Shown: positions 18,893 through 28,895 of the stretch, piece after piece
Position numbering within the stretch: position 1 is the stretch's first letter
Layout of the letters: each line of letters opens with the position of its first letter
Source of the DNA: Alphaproteobacteria bacterium
Lineage (GTDB): Bacteria; Pseudomonadota; Alphaproteobacteria; UBA828
Length of the DNA: 64,000 bases
Direction of reading: 5' to 3'
NCBI GenBank assembly: GCA_965214705.1
Contig: CBDCCI010000002.1
Coordinates: 1,952,001 to 2,016,000 of the forward strand
Notes under the pieces: generated by a model
Told to the model about the DNA's origin: nothing
The model's input: only the letters and a program-made list of their open reading frames with translations
The model's database searches: none
Made by a program: the position numbers and the translations under genes

Positions 18893-19741
18893 CTACGTGT
18901 CGCTGGCCGCCGTCAGCACCTCGCTCGCCCACCACAGGCGCCGCGCGGTCTCCGTATCGCGCGAGGCGCGTGACGATCGGACGGGCTTGCGTTTCACGAA
19001 GTACTGCCCGCTCACCTCGGCAAGCTCAGGCGCGGTGGCGAGATAAATCATCGTGTCCGCGCCGCGCTCGGGAGTGAGCACGAGCGGGCTGGTCAGGATG
19101 AAGCGCATCCAGCGCGGAATGTTGCGGAAGATACCCGTTGCGACGACGCCGGGGTGCAGGCAGTTGGCGGTGACGCCGGTGCCCTCCAGCCGTCGCGAAA
19201 GTTCGAGGGTGAAGAGAATGTTCGCGAGCTTGGAGCGGCCGTAGGCGCCGAAGCCGGAATAGCGCCGCTCGCCCTGCAAATCTTCCAGGTCGAGGGTGAA
19301 GCTCTTGTGCGCTGCGGAGCTCACGGTCACCACACGCGACGGCGCGCTCGCCTTGAGCCTGTCGAGCAGAAGGTAGGTCAGCAGGAAGGGTGCCAGGTGG
19401 TTCACCGCGAAGGTCGCCTCCAGCCCGTCTTCGGTCACGAGCCTGGTGCCCCAGCCGGCGACGCCTGCGTTGTTGATCAGCACGTCGAGGCGATCGAACC
19501 GCTTCAGGAAGGCAGCCGCGACCTCGCGCACCTGCCGCTGGGACGCGAGGTCGGCGATGAGCAGTGCCGCATCACCGCCGCGCTGCCCGATCTCCTCCAC
19601 CACGGCGGAGCCGCTGGCGTGGTTGCGGCAGATGAGCACGACCGTCGCGCCCCGCCCTGCGAGGTCGATGGCCGTTACCCTGCCGATCCCCGAGTTCGCG
19701 CCCGTGACGACGCAGACTTTTCCGTGCATTTCAGCTTGCAT
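18893..19741 (-). CDS. SDR oxidoreductase (retinol dehydrogenase-like)
   Basis: TGANSGIG, INNAG, VNHLAPFLLT, YGRSKLAN, LHPGVVAT. Confidence 0.92.
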   Translation of the reverse strand: MQAEMHGKVCVVTGANSGIGRVTAIDLAGRGATVVLICRNHASGSAVVEEIGQRGGDAALLIADLASQRQVREVAAAFLKRFDRLDVLINNAGVAGWGTRLVTEDGLEATFAVNHLAPFLLTYLLLDRLKASAPSRVVTVSSAAHKSFTLDLEDLQGERRYSGFGAYGRSKLANILFTLELSRRLEGTGVTANCLHPGVVATGIFRNIPRWMRFILTSPLVLTPERGADTMIYLATAPELAEVSGQYFVKRKPVRSSRASRDTETARRLWWASEVLTAASDT

Positions 19742-19782
19742 CGGCGATGCTCAATGCGGCCGTTCCGAGGCGCTCGCGGGCA

Positions 19783-20580
19783 TCAGGCTGCAGCGGCGGC
19801 AGGCGCGAGAATTTGGAGCGCGGGCGCGTGCAGCCGGCGGTCGCCCACCGCCAGCACCTGGCCGTCGGCGCCGACCGGGCCGCCACTCCACGAGGTCACG
19901 ACGCCGCCGGCGCCCTCGACGATGGGAATCAACGCCGCGATGTCCCAGGGGTTCATGCTCGCCTCGACCACGAGATCGACGAAGCCGGCGGCGAGCATCC
20001 CGTAGGCGTAGCAATCGGCGCCGAAGCGGCGGAGACGCACCCGCGCGGCAAGCGCCTCAAACGCGGCAAGCTCGGCCGGCGTGAACATATTGGGCTCGGT
20101 TGCATAGAGAGTAGCCCCGGCCAAATCAGGACACGAGCGCACGGCAAGACGCCTGTCGCCCAGGTAGGCGCCCTCGCCGTGGCCGACAAAGCGCTCGCGC
20201 AGGAAAGGCTGATCCAGCACGCCGATAATGCCTCGGCCGCGGTCCTGCAGCGCGATCAGCGTGCCCCAGGTCGGCATGCCGGAGATGAATGCCTTGGTGC
20301 CGTCGATGGGGTCGATGACCCAGGTGAAGCGGGCATCCGGGCGCTCGTACCCGTGCTCCTCGCCGAGGATGCCGTGGTCGGGGCAACTCTCGTTGATCAG
20401 CGCGCGAATCGCGGCCTCGGCCTCGCGATCAGCCGCCGTGACCGGCGAGTAGCCCGCGATATGGTCCTTGTCTTCGATCGCAAGTGATTGCCGGAAATAG
20501 CGCAGAATGACCGCACCCGAGGCATCGGCCAGCCGATGAGCCAGGGGAAGAAAATCGCGCCAGGCTTCCGTGTCCGCCAC
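19783..20580 (-). CDS. hisN: Histidinol-phosphatase (inositol monophosphatase family)
   Basis: PVTAADREAE, ILGEE, WVIDPIDGTKAFISGMPTWGTLIAL, DCYAY, WDIAALIPIVEGAGG; GTG start 20580. Confidence 0.88.
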   Translation of the reverse strand: MADTEAWRDFLPLAHRLADASGAVILRYFRQSLAIEDKDHIAGYSPVTAADREAEAAIRALINESCPDHGILGEEHGYERPDARFTWVIDPIDGTKAFISGMPTWGTLIALQDRGRGIIGVLDQPFLRERFVGHGEGAYLGDRRLAVRSCPDLAGATLYATEPNMFTPAELAAFEALAARVRLRRFGADCYAYGMLAAGFVDLVVEASMNPWDIAALIPIVEGAGGVVTSWSGGPVGADGQVLAVGDRRLHAPALQILAPAAAAA

Positions 20581-20751
20581 ACCCTTTTCCTCTGTTTCTG
20601 CATGAGGGCCTGACCATAGCAGCACGGCCCCGCGGCCCGCCATCGTGGTACTGAATGGCAAGAGGAGACGGCGCTTGCACGGTCGCATCGTTTGGCCGAC
20701 GCTCAGGCCGCTTGAGAAACAGAGGCAACGGATTCGGCACGGAGCGATCGT

Positions 20752-23229
20752 ATGCACCGCGTGTTTCGCCAAATGCTGCCCATCCGCCCATGTCTCGTGT
20801 TCCCGCTGATCGCGGTCTTCATGGCCGTAGTAATGGCGGGTCCCGCGCAAGGCGGCGACGCCGGCGCGGACACCTCCGTGGGCAGCCTGATTTCGAGCGT
20901 GCCGGTGGGCAATTTACGGCCCGTGACCGTGATCGACCGCGACGACATTGACCTTTCCGGCATGCGCAACGTCTGGGACCTCCTGCGTAGCCGGGACGAG
21001 TTCAACTACTTCGGCCTGCACCGCCCCTTAAAGCTCGGGGGCCTTCGTGCCGCGATCCTGATCAACGGCCGGCGCATTTCAGACTCGTACTTTGATCTGG
21101 ACGCGCTGCCCATATCGGCCATCGAGCGTATCGAGATTCTCAGCTCCAGCGCTGTTGCCATTCATGGGGCTCAAGCCATCTCCGGCGCGATCAACATCGT
21201 GCTGAGGAGCGGCTTCGAGGGAGTCGAGGCCCAGGCTCACGGCGAAAGTCCACGAGACTCCGGCGGTGAGGCAGGTGTTGCCTCCGCGCTATGGGGCGGC
21301 AGCATCGGCGCGGGACACCTGATCGTCGGGGCGGATGTCTTCAACCGCAACGAGGTTCGATCCGTCGATCGCACCTACAGCCGCGCCTCGTGGACTCCCG
21401 GCGGCTCCTTCGACGACGCGCACGGCGTCTCGGTGGCCGGCAATACGGCCATCGTCTTCACGGAGGAGGGACCGGTTGCCCGCTCGCTCGGCCCCTGCGA
21501 GGGCAGCCAGTACACTGGCCCGCTTTCGGAACCCTACGGCATCCCCGGCGAGGGATGCGGGTTCGCCTACGGCAACATCGAGTGGAACTGGGAACGGCGG
21601 CAACGGGAAACTGCGTTCCTCATGGGGGATTACCCGGTCGGCCAAGACCTGTCGGTCTATCTCGATGCGCGCGTGGCCGACAGTGACTACACAAGCCTAT
21701 ACATGGCCCCGTTGCCCGACAGGCTCCCCCTCGGCGGTGGTGGCTTCGTCCTCCACCGCTTTGTGGGCCACGGCGATCGCGTCTGGCGCTGGACGGCGCA
21801 AGAGCATGACATCACGCTTGGCGTCGAAGGGCGCCTCACGGACGATATCCGCTATGACGCGCACCTGCGCTCGTTCTCGAACGACGACATTTTGCAGGGC
21901 GGAACCTTCGTGCACGAACCCGCAATTCTGGAGGCTATAGCAGCCGGCAGCTACGATCTCCGCAACCCGCTTTCCACCGATCCCGGCCATCTCGAGGTAG
22001 TCCGGGACACGGGTGTCACCCGCTTCGTCGACAACCTCACGAGGCGCAGCGAAGCGCGGGTCGCGCTCGATGGATCGAGCTTTTCCATCGGCGGCCGGCC
22101 TATCGGCTGGGCGGCGGGAGCGGAGTGGGTTCGCGAGAGCCGTGAATGGCTCACGACGTACGTCAGTGGTGCCGGGGACGTGATCGAGGAACAGAGCGAC
22201 GTTATCGGCTCTTTCGGCGTCAGCTTCACCGGGGAGCGCGACAGCGTCTCGCCATTCCTGGAGGTTTCGCTCCCGCTCCACCGGATCTGGGACGTCGGCC
22301 TCGCCGGGCGCTACAGCGACCATGACGACGTCGGCGCGACCACCGCAGCGCAAATGGAAACGGTCTTCGAGCTGAGCCCGGACTTCGCGCTCCGGGGCAA
22401 TTGGAGCATGGCCGACAGGGCCCCGTACCTGGGCGGCCTGCACACGGCACGCGTCACGTCAGTTCCCCGCATCTACGATCACGCGACGGAGCGGCGCTAC
22501 CAGGTGGAGGCGGTCAACTTCGGGAACCCCGACCTCGAGCCGGATCGGGGCGAGAGCTACGGTGCGGGAATCGTCACCAAGCTCGGCCCCGTCTCGCTGA
22601 GCGCCGACTGGTACTGGACCAAGCTTTCCGAGCTGCTGACGGTCGTCGGCGCGCAGGACATCGTCGACTACGAGCACGAACACGGGTCATTGCCGCCGGG
22701 CACCGTCATCCACCGCGCGCCGCCGCTCGTTCCTGACACGCCGGGGCTGATCACAAGAATAGAAAAGCCGATCCTCGGCGACGGCGAGGTCGATATTTCA
22801 GGCTTCAACGTCCATGCCCACACGGCGTGGTCGGCCGATTGGGCGGATTTCGACCTCGACGCCCGCTGGTCTCATGTACAGGACTACGAAGAGCGCGCCC
22901 TCGACTTCGTGGGGCCGGACGACTTTGCCCGTAACCGTCTCCACGTCACGCTGAGCGGCACGCGGGGCAAGGTCACGGCGCAGTGGAGCGTCTACGGGAC
23001 AACCGGCTACAGAGGGAGTGTCGGTCGCTTCGGCTCGTGGGTGGGCCACGACGTTTCCGTGCGCTGGCGCAACCCTTACGAGTTCGATGGCGTCGAGCTC
23101 ATGGGCGGCATTTTCAACGCCTTCGACGCCGAACCGTCGATCAACCCTGAGATTCCCGAGGATCCGGACGAGAGCCTGGATTCGATTCGCGGGCGGACGT
23201 TCTTCGTGACCGTCAAGAAGGTCTGGTGA
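20752..23229 (+). CDS. TonB-dependent receptor
   Basis: Signal peptide, plug motifs (VTVIDRDDI; ILINGRR; LPISAIERIEIL; AISGAINIVL), GNPDLEPD, C-terminal GRTFFVTVKKVW. Confidence 0.9.
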   Translation: MHRVFRQMLPIRPCLVFPLIAVFMAVVMAGPAQGGDAGADTSVGSLISSVPVGNLRPVTVIDRDDIDLSGMRNVWDLLRSRDEFNYFGLHRPLKLGGLRAAILINGRRISDSYFDLDALPISAIERIEILSSSAVAIHGAQAISGAINIVLRSGFEGVEAQAHGESPRDSGGEAGVASALWGGSIGAGHLIVGADVFNRNEVRSVDRTYSRASWTPGGSFDDAHGVSVAGNTAIVFTEEGPVARSLGPCEGSQYTGPLSEPYGIPGEGCGFAYGNIEWNWERRQRETAFLMGDYPVGQDLSVYLDARVADSDYTSLYMAPLPDRLPLGGGGFVLHRFVGHGDRVWRWTAQEHDITLGVEGRLTDDIRYDAHLRSFSNDDILQGGTFVHEPAILEAIAAGSYDLRNPLSTDPGHLEVVRDTGVTRFVDNLTRRSEARVALDGSSFSIGGRPIGWAAGAEWVRESREWLTTYVSGAGDVIEEQSDVIGSFGVSFTGERDSVSPFLEVSLPLHRIWDVGLAGRYSDHDDVGATTAAQMETVFELSPDFALRGNWSMADRAPYLGGLHTARVTSVPRIYDHATERRYQVEAVNFGNPDLEPDRGESYGAGIVTKLGPVSLSADWYWTKLSELLTVVGAQDIVDYEHEHGSLPPGTVIHRAPPLVPDTPGLITRIEKPILGDGEVDISGFNVHAHTAWSADWADFDLDARWSHVQDYEERALDFVGPDDFARNRLHVTLSGTRGKVTAQWSVYGTTGYRGSVGRFGSWVGHDVSVRWRNPYEFDGVELMGGIFNAFDAEPSINPEIPEDPDESLDSIRGRTFFVTVKKVW

Positions 23230-24398
23230 TCGGAGCCCGCATCCCGATACGTGGCGCCGGCACGGCAGCGCTTGCCATCGGAGCGCTTGCGTTCGCCGCT
23301 GCGCTGACGCTGGCGCCGGCCAGTGGGACCGCGGCCGAGCGCCAATGCGAGGGGCCGGGCATCAACCACCTGCCAGAGCCGGCGGCCTCCGACGACGTGC
23401 TCAGCGTCCTCGCCTACAACGTCTATCTGCTGCCCTCCCACGTCCGCAACATTCCCTTCATGGGTGAGCGCTTCGCTCTCGCGCAGGAGGAGCGGGCCGC
23501 CCTCATCCCGCGCTTCCTCGCCCCCTACGACGTGATCATCCTGTCGGAGGCCTACGACGACGGCGCGCGTGCGACCCTTCTCGCGGGGCTGAGGGCGCAG
23601 GGGTTTCGCTATGCGACCCGCATCCTGGGCACCGCCTGCCGCGCCGCCTCACGCTGCGAGAAGGGCGCAGTCTACGAACAGCCCCTCACCGAGGACGCGC
23701 CGCGCGGGGGCGAGGGCGACACCTGGTTCGGCGAGGACGGCGGCGTGCTGATCGCCAGCAGGCATCCCATCGGTGCCGCCAAGGAGTGGGTCTACGCCGA
23801 TTGCGTAGAGCCCGACTGCAATGCCGCCAAGGGCTTCGTCTATGCCCGCATCGACAAGGGCAGCGCGCGCTACCACGTCATCGGCACCCACGCGCAGTTC
23901 GGCTGGAGCAGGGAGCAGCGCACGGCCAAGGCAGCGCAGTTCCGCGCCATCCAACGGTTCCTGGAGGAGCACTCGGGGATTCCGCGCTCGGAGCCGATCA
24001 TCGTCGGCGGCGACTTCAACGTGCTCAGCCACGCGTTCGAGAGCCTGCTCGACGACGAGCCGCTCGGTGTGCTTGCGCCGACCTTTCGCGGCCATCGCTT
24101 CACCCGAGAGTCGCGCAGCGACTGGGCGCGGCGCGGCAACGGCTACGTCGATTACGTGCTCGCCAAGAAGGGCTGGCGCGAGCCGCGCTACCACAGCAAC
24201 TGCCCGATGGTCTTTCGCAGCCTCTTCGACTTCGAGGACCGCACGCTGTTCTCGGCCGTGCGCGGGCAAGGCTACTGCGATCTCTCGGACCACTGGGCCG
24301 TGTGGGGCTATTTCGACTACCGCGACGATGCCGCCGAGCCGCCCGACTGCCCGGTTCCCCAATTCCCGCCGGGCTCAGCCCCGTCCATGCGGCGCTAA
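23226..24398 (+). CDS. Secreted sphingomyelinase C-like EEP phosphodiesterase
   Basis: Signal peptide; YNVYLL, LSEAYD, EDGGVLIASRHPI, AAKGFVYARI, GTHAQ, GGDFN, VDYVL, LSDHWAV. Confidence 0.8.
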   Translation: MIGARIPIRGAGTAALAIGALAFAAALTLAPASGTAAERQCEGPGINHLPEPAASDDVLSVLAYNVYLLPSHVRNIPFMGERFALAQEERAALIPRFLAPYDVIILSEAYDDGARATLLAGLRAQGFRYATRILGTACRAASRCEKGAVYEQPLTEDAPRGGEGDTWFGEDGGVLIASRHPIGAAKEWVYADCVEPDCNAAKGFVYARIDKGSARYHVIGTHAQFGWSREQRTAKAAQFRAIQRFLEEHSGIPRSEPIIVGGDFNVLSHAFESLLDDEPLGVLAPTFRGHRFTRESRSDWARRGNGYVDYVLAKKGWREPRYHSNCPMVFRSLFDFEDRTLFSAVRGQGYCDLSDHWAVWGYFDYRDDAAEPPDCPVPQFPPGSAPSMRR

Positions 24399-24413
24399 GG
24401 CGCGCGCGCTCCC

Positions 24414-25814
24414 CTACTCCGCCGCGTCGAGGCGGCGCTCCTGCTGCATCCAGCGCGGCTTGCTGGTCGCGTGCTCGCGCACGAAGCTCTGGGTCGGCAT
24501 CCGCGGATCCTCCCAGTACAGCATGGGCTTTTCCCAGTTGTAGCGCGCGGGCTCGGGGATCGGCGCCTCGGTATCGACGACCGCGCCGTCCTTCATCACG
24601 ACCGCGAGGCGCTCCCTGTCCTGCAGCACGGCGATGTCGGCGAGCGGATCGCCGTCCACCACGAGGATGTCGGCGAGCTTGCCCTCCTCCAGCGTGCCGA
24701 TCTCGTCCTCCATGCCGAGCGTCAGCGCCGCGTTGGCGGTGCCCGCGCGGATCGCCTCCATGGCGCTCAAGCCGCCATAGGTCATCAGGTGCTCCATCTC
24801 GCGGGCGTGCCACTCGCCGTAGGGCACCGAGCCCTGGCCGCTATCGGTGCCGGCGATGATGGTGATCCCCTCGGCATGGGCGCGGGAGACGACGTTGGCA
24901 AGCCGCTCAACCTCGTCCTTGTAGGCGTCGAGGATGAAGTCGGAGCAGCCGAGGTCCGGACCCCATTCGAGGGTGTTCGCCAGCAGCGAGAAGGTGGGGA
25001 TCAGCGGCGTCGGGTTGCGGAAGAGCACGTCAAGGTCGTCGTCGGACATGTAGGAGCCGTGGATGATCCAGTCGAAGCCGGCGCGGATGGCATCGGCCGC
25101 CGCGCGGCCCGAGCGCGCATGGATGGTGCAGACCTTGCCGAGCCTGTGCGTGACCTCGGCGATGGCGCGCAAGTCGTCGAGCCCGATGCTGCCGGCAAGC
25201 TCCGCCTCGCCGGTGAGCACGTCGCCGTCGCCGGCCACCTTCACGATGTCGACGCCGTCCTTGATCTCGCGGCGCGCCTCCGTGACCATTTCCTCGCGCG
25301 TGTTGCAGAGTACGGCGAACGACGACTTGGGGTGCTCCATCCAGCTGGGCCAGGGCGAGCCGATCGCGTTGAAGGTGGTGATGTAGCGCCCGGCCGACGC
25401 CATGCGCGGCCCTTCGATCAGGCCGGCGTTAATGGCGTCGCGGACCGCGACCGAGATGTTCCAGGTGGATCCTGGATCGGAGAACGCGGTGACGCCCGCG
25501 CGCAGCACCTTGCGCGCGTTGTTGGCGGCGCGCAGGGTGCGGTACTCCACGCCTGCGTAGAGGTCGAGCTCCTCGAACGAGAGAATGTCGCCATAGGAAA
25601 TGTGGCAGTGGGCGTCGATCATGCCCGGCATGACCGTGTGCCCGGCGGCATCGATGGTCCGGTAGCCGCCCAGGGTCTCGGCCGCGGCCGCGACCTCCCG
25701 GTCCGGGCCGATCTTGCGGATGCGGTTGCCCTCCACCAGCACCGAAACGCGGTCCTGCGGTGACGCGCCGGTGGCGTCGAGCAGCCGCCCGCCGGTGATC
25801 AGATATCCGCCCAT
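24414..25814 (-). CDS. Metal-dependent amidohydrolase (prolidase/imidazolonepropionase-like)
   Basis: MPGMIDAHCH, IHA, IIHG, AGTDSG, GTLEEGKLADILVVDGDPL. Confidence 0.9.
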   Translation of the reverse strand: MGGYLITGGRLLDATGASPQDRVSVLVEGNRIRKIGPDREVAAAAETLGGYRTIDAAGHTVMPGMIDAHCHISYGDILSFEELDLYAGVEYRTLRAANNARKVLRAGVTAFSDPGSTWNISVAVRDAINAGLIEGPRMASAGRYITTFNAIGSPWPSWMEHPKSSFAVLCNTREEMVTEARREIKDGVDIVKVAGDGDVLTGEAELAGSIGLDDLRAIAEVTHRLGKVCTIHARSGRAAADAIRAGFDWIIHGSYMSDDDLDVLFRNPTPLIPTFSLLANTLEWGPDLGCSDFILDAYKDEVERLANVVSRAHAEGITIIAGTDSGQGSVPYGEWHAREMEHLMTYGGLSAMEAIRAGTANAALTLGMEDEIGTLEEGKLADILVVDGDPLADIAVLQDRERLAVVMKDGAVVDTEAPIPEPARYNWEKPMLYWEDPRMPTQSFVREHATSKPRWMQQERRLDAAE

Positions 25815-25960
25815 GTCATTGCCCTTCCCTACGCCCCCGCGCTCCCCGGCGCCTCACCCAACGGGGCCAGCCCACGCATGGAGGCAGGTTTGGATTCGCC
25901 CTTCGCCCTCTGTACGATCAGCGACAGCTTGAGGCAACCGAATAGCCGGGGAGGCAGGGC

Positions 25961-26956
25961 ATGAGCAGAGTGGGAGTCGCGTTCTCGGCAGGGTTGAACG
26001 CGTCCGAAACCGTCGAGTGCGCGCAACTCGCCGAATCGCTCGGCTATGATTCGGTCTGGATGGCAGAGGGGCACGGCGGTGACCAATTCGCGGTGCTCTC
26101 GGCGGTCGCGGCGCAGACCAGCAGGGTGCAGCTCGGCACCTGCATCTCCAGCGTCTTCGTGCGCTCGGCGCCAACCATCGCGATGTCGGCGGCGGTGGTC
26201 GATCAGCTTTCCGAAGGCCGGTTCATCCTGGGTCTCGGCTCCAGCCACAAGGTCCAGGTCGAGCCCGAGCACGGCCTCGTCTACAGCAAGCCGGTGACGC
26301 GCGTGCGGGAGACCGCCGAGGTCGTGCGCCGCCTGTTGCGGGACGGCCAGGTGTCCTTCCAGGGCGAGACCGTCGCCATCGAGAACTACGAGCTCTGGTT
26401 CCAGCCGTTCCGCCCCAGCCTGCCCATCTATTACGCGGCCGTGTTCCCCAAGATGATCGGGATATGCGGTGAGGAAGCGGACGGCCTGATCCTCACCCGC
26501 ACCACGCTCGACGTGGGAGCCGAGGCCCGCAAGTACATCGCCGCCGGGGCGAAGGCGGCGGGGCGCGATCCCGGCGCGGTCGACGTCACCACACTGGTCC
26601 CGACCGCAGCCGCCGACGATCCTGCCGACGCTTACGATGCTCTGCGGCCGGGTGTTGCGATGTATACGGGCTTCTTCCCCCGCTACAACCGGATGGCACA
26701 GGACCAGGGCTTCGGCGAGGAAGCAGCAACGATCGCCGAGCTATGGGGGCGCGGCGAGCGCGAGGCGGCGACCCGGGCGGTGAGCGACGCGCACATCGAC
26801 GCAGTCTGCATTGCCGGCACGCCCGAGCGCTGTCGCGAGCGGGTCGAGGCCTATCGCGCCTCGGGCATCGACCTGCCGATGATCGCGCCCATGGCCGGCG
26901 GCCCCAACGCCAAGGCGATGGCCGAGACCACCATCAGGGCCTGCGCCCCGCGCTGA
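25961..26956 (+). CDS. LLM class flavin/F420-dependent oxidoreductase
   Basis: AESLGYDSVWMAEGHG, LGTCI, DQLSEGRFILGLGSSH, IAGTPE. Confidence 0.88.
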   Translation: MSRVGVAFSAGLNASETVECAQLAESLGYDSVWMAEGHGGDQFAVLSAVAAQTSRVQLGTCISSVFVRSAPTIAMSAAVVDQLSEGRFILGLGSSHKVQVEPEHGLVYSKPVTRVRETAEVVRRLLRDGQVSFQGETVAIENYELWFQPFRPSLPIYYAAVFPKMIGICGEEADGLILTRTTLDVGAEARKYIAAGAKAAGRDPGAVDVTTLVPTAAADDPADAYDALRPGVAMYTGFFPRYNRMAQDQGFGEEAATIAELWGRGEREAATRAVSDAHIDAVCIAGTPERCRERVEAYRASGIDLPMIAPMAGGPNAKAMAETTIRACAPR

Positions 26957-27013
26957 GAGGGTCGTCGTGCCGCTGCCCGAGCATCTGAGCGTCCCGTCGC
27001 GGGAGGCGCGGGC

Positions 27014-27523
27014 GTGACCGGCGCGATGCGCGGCTACATTCTCGTGGTCGACACGGTCAACCGCCGCGTCGGGCGCGTCATCATGTACGGCATGTTCGCG
27101 ATCATGGCGATACTGCTGTGGTCGTCGCTCTCGAAGACGTTTTTCAATCCCTCATTGTGGACGCTCGAAATGGCCCAGTTCGCGATGGTGGGCTATTACA
27201 TTCTGGGCGGTCCCTACGCGGTTCAAACGGACGCGAACGTGCGGATGGACCTGTTCTATGGGTCGTGGTCCGCACGCCGAAAGGCGTGGTTCGACGTCTT
27301 TACGGTGTTCTTTCTGCTCTTCTATCTGGCGGTTCTTCTCTGGGGCGGAATCGACTCCACGATTTACAGCTTTCAGTACGGCGGGGAGCGAAGCCCCAGC
27401 GCCTGGCGGCCTTATCTTTGGCCGATCAAGGTGGTCATGGTCACCGGTATCGTCTTGATGGTTTTTCAGGCAGTTTCCGAGTTCTTCAAGGACATCCTGC
27501 GACTTCGGCGCGAGGACTTCTGA
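27014..27523 (+). CDS. TRAP transporter small permease (DctQ)
   Basis: Four TM helices, WTLEMAQF, NVRMDLFY. Confidence 0.9.
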   Translation: MTGAMRGYILVVDTVNRRVGRVIMYGMFAIMAILLWSSLSKTFFNPSLWTLEMAQFAMVGYYILGGPYAVQTDANVRMDLFYGSWSARRKAWFDVFTVFFLLFYLAVLLWGGIDSTIYSFQYGGERSPSAWRPYLWPIKVVMVTGIVLMVFQAVSEFFKDILRLRREDF

Positions 27524-28848
27524 TGTCCTACGAGCTCATCACCGTCCTGATGTTCGCGCTGATGATGCTCATGCTGGCGACCGGCCAGCGCGTCTTCGCC
27601 GCCATCGGATTCGTCGCCGTTCTGTCCGCGCTCCTGCTCTGGGGCGATCGCGGCGGTTTCGACCTGGGCTTCTCCGCCGCCATGAAACTCATGAAATGGT
27701 ATCCGCTGCTCACGCTGCCGATGTTCATTTTCATGGGGTACGTCCTCTCGGAATCGAGGATCGCGGACGATCTTTATCGCATGTTCCACGTCTGGACCGG
27801 CGGCATGGCCGGCGGGCTCGCCATGGGCACCATCGGCCTCATGGTGCTGGTCTCGGCGATGAACGGACTCAGCGTTGCGGGCATGGCCATCGGTGCCACC
27901 ATCGCGCTGCCGGAGCTGCTCAGGCGCAACTACGACAAGCGCATGGTGACCGGGGTTATCCAGGCCGGAAGCTCCCTCGGCATCCTTGTGCCCCCATCCG
28001 TGGTGCTCGTGCTCTACGCGATGATTGCGCGCCAGCCCGTCGGCCAACTTTGGCTCGCGGGTCTCTTCCCCGGACTGATGATGGCCGCGCTCTTCGTGCT
28101 CTACATCTGGCTGCGCTGCCGGATTACGCCGAACCTCGGTCCGGTTCTTCCCAAGGCGGACCGCGACATTCCCCGAGTCGAAAAGCTGAAGCTCCTCCGG
28201 GCCGGCCTCCTGCCGCTGTTCATCTATGCGGTGATGATTGTGCCCTTCGTCACGGGGTCGACCTCGCTCGTCGAGTCCTCGGCCATCGGCGCGCTCGCCG
28301 CCTTTCTCGCCGCCGTGGTCAGGCGCCGCATGACCCGGCAGGTCTTCGAGAACTCGGTGCGCAACACGCTCCGCATCACCTGCATGTTCATGTGGATCAT
28401 CATGGCGGCATTGGCCTTCGGCTCGGTGTTCGACGGGCTCGGCGCCGCGCACGCGATCGAGAACCTGTTCACCGAGCAAATGGGGCTCTCGCCCTGGATG
28501 GTCCTCATTCTCATGCAGCTTTCGTTCCTCGTGATGGGAACGTTCCTCGACGACACGGCGATGCTGGTAATCGTGGCGCCCCTTTACGTCCCTCTCGTCG
28601 ACGCGCTGGGCTTCAACTTGATCTGGTACGGCATCCTCTACACCATCACCACGCAGATCGCGTACATGACCCCGCCCTTCGGCTACAATCTGTTCCTGAT
28701 GCGGGCGATGGCCCCGCCCGAAATCACCTTGCGCGACATTTATCGATCAATCATTCCCTTCGTGGGCGTGATGATCGTTGCACTTGCCATCATCATGATC
28801 TTCCCGGAAATCGCCCTGTGGTTCCCGTCTTACGTTTACGGCAACTGA
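27523..28848 (+). CDS. TRAP transporter large permease (DctM)
   Basis: LLTLPMFIFMG, SLGILVPPS, GTFLD, TPPFGYNLF; ATG overlaps the DctQ stop (TGATG). Confidence 0.93.
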   Translation: MSYELITVLMFALMMLMLATGQRVFAAIGFVAVLSALLLWGDRGGFDLGFSAAMKLMKWYPLLTLPMFIFMGYVLSESRIADDLYRMFHVWTGGMAGGLAMGTIGLMVLVSAMNGLSVAGMAIGATIALPELLRRNYDKRMVTGVIQAGSSLGILVPPSVVLVLYAMIARQPVGQLWLAGLFPGLMMAALFVLYIWLRCRITPNLGPVLPKADRDIPRVEKLKLLRAGLLPLFIYAVMIVPFVTGSTSLVESSAIGALAAFLAAVVRRRMTRQVFENSVRNTLRITCMFMWIIMAALAFGSVFDGLGAAHAIENLFTEQMGLSPWMVLILMQLSFLVMGTFLDDTAMLVIVAPLYVPLVDALGFNLIWYGILYTITTQIAYMTPPFGYNLFLMRAMAPPEITLRDIYRSIIPFVGVMIVALAIIMIFPEIALWFPSYVYGN

Positions 28849-28895
28849 TCGATAACCCGGTTCAATGTCACATCAACCTGGAAGGAGAAAGACCC

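Noticed and set aside
27696-28895. Long N-terminal extension of the TRAP binding protein (747-aa ORF)
   Set aside because: Alternative frame of dctM; the true start is at 28896 with an RBS and Tat signal
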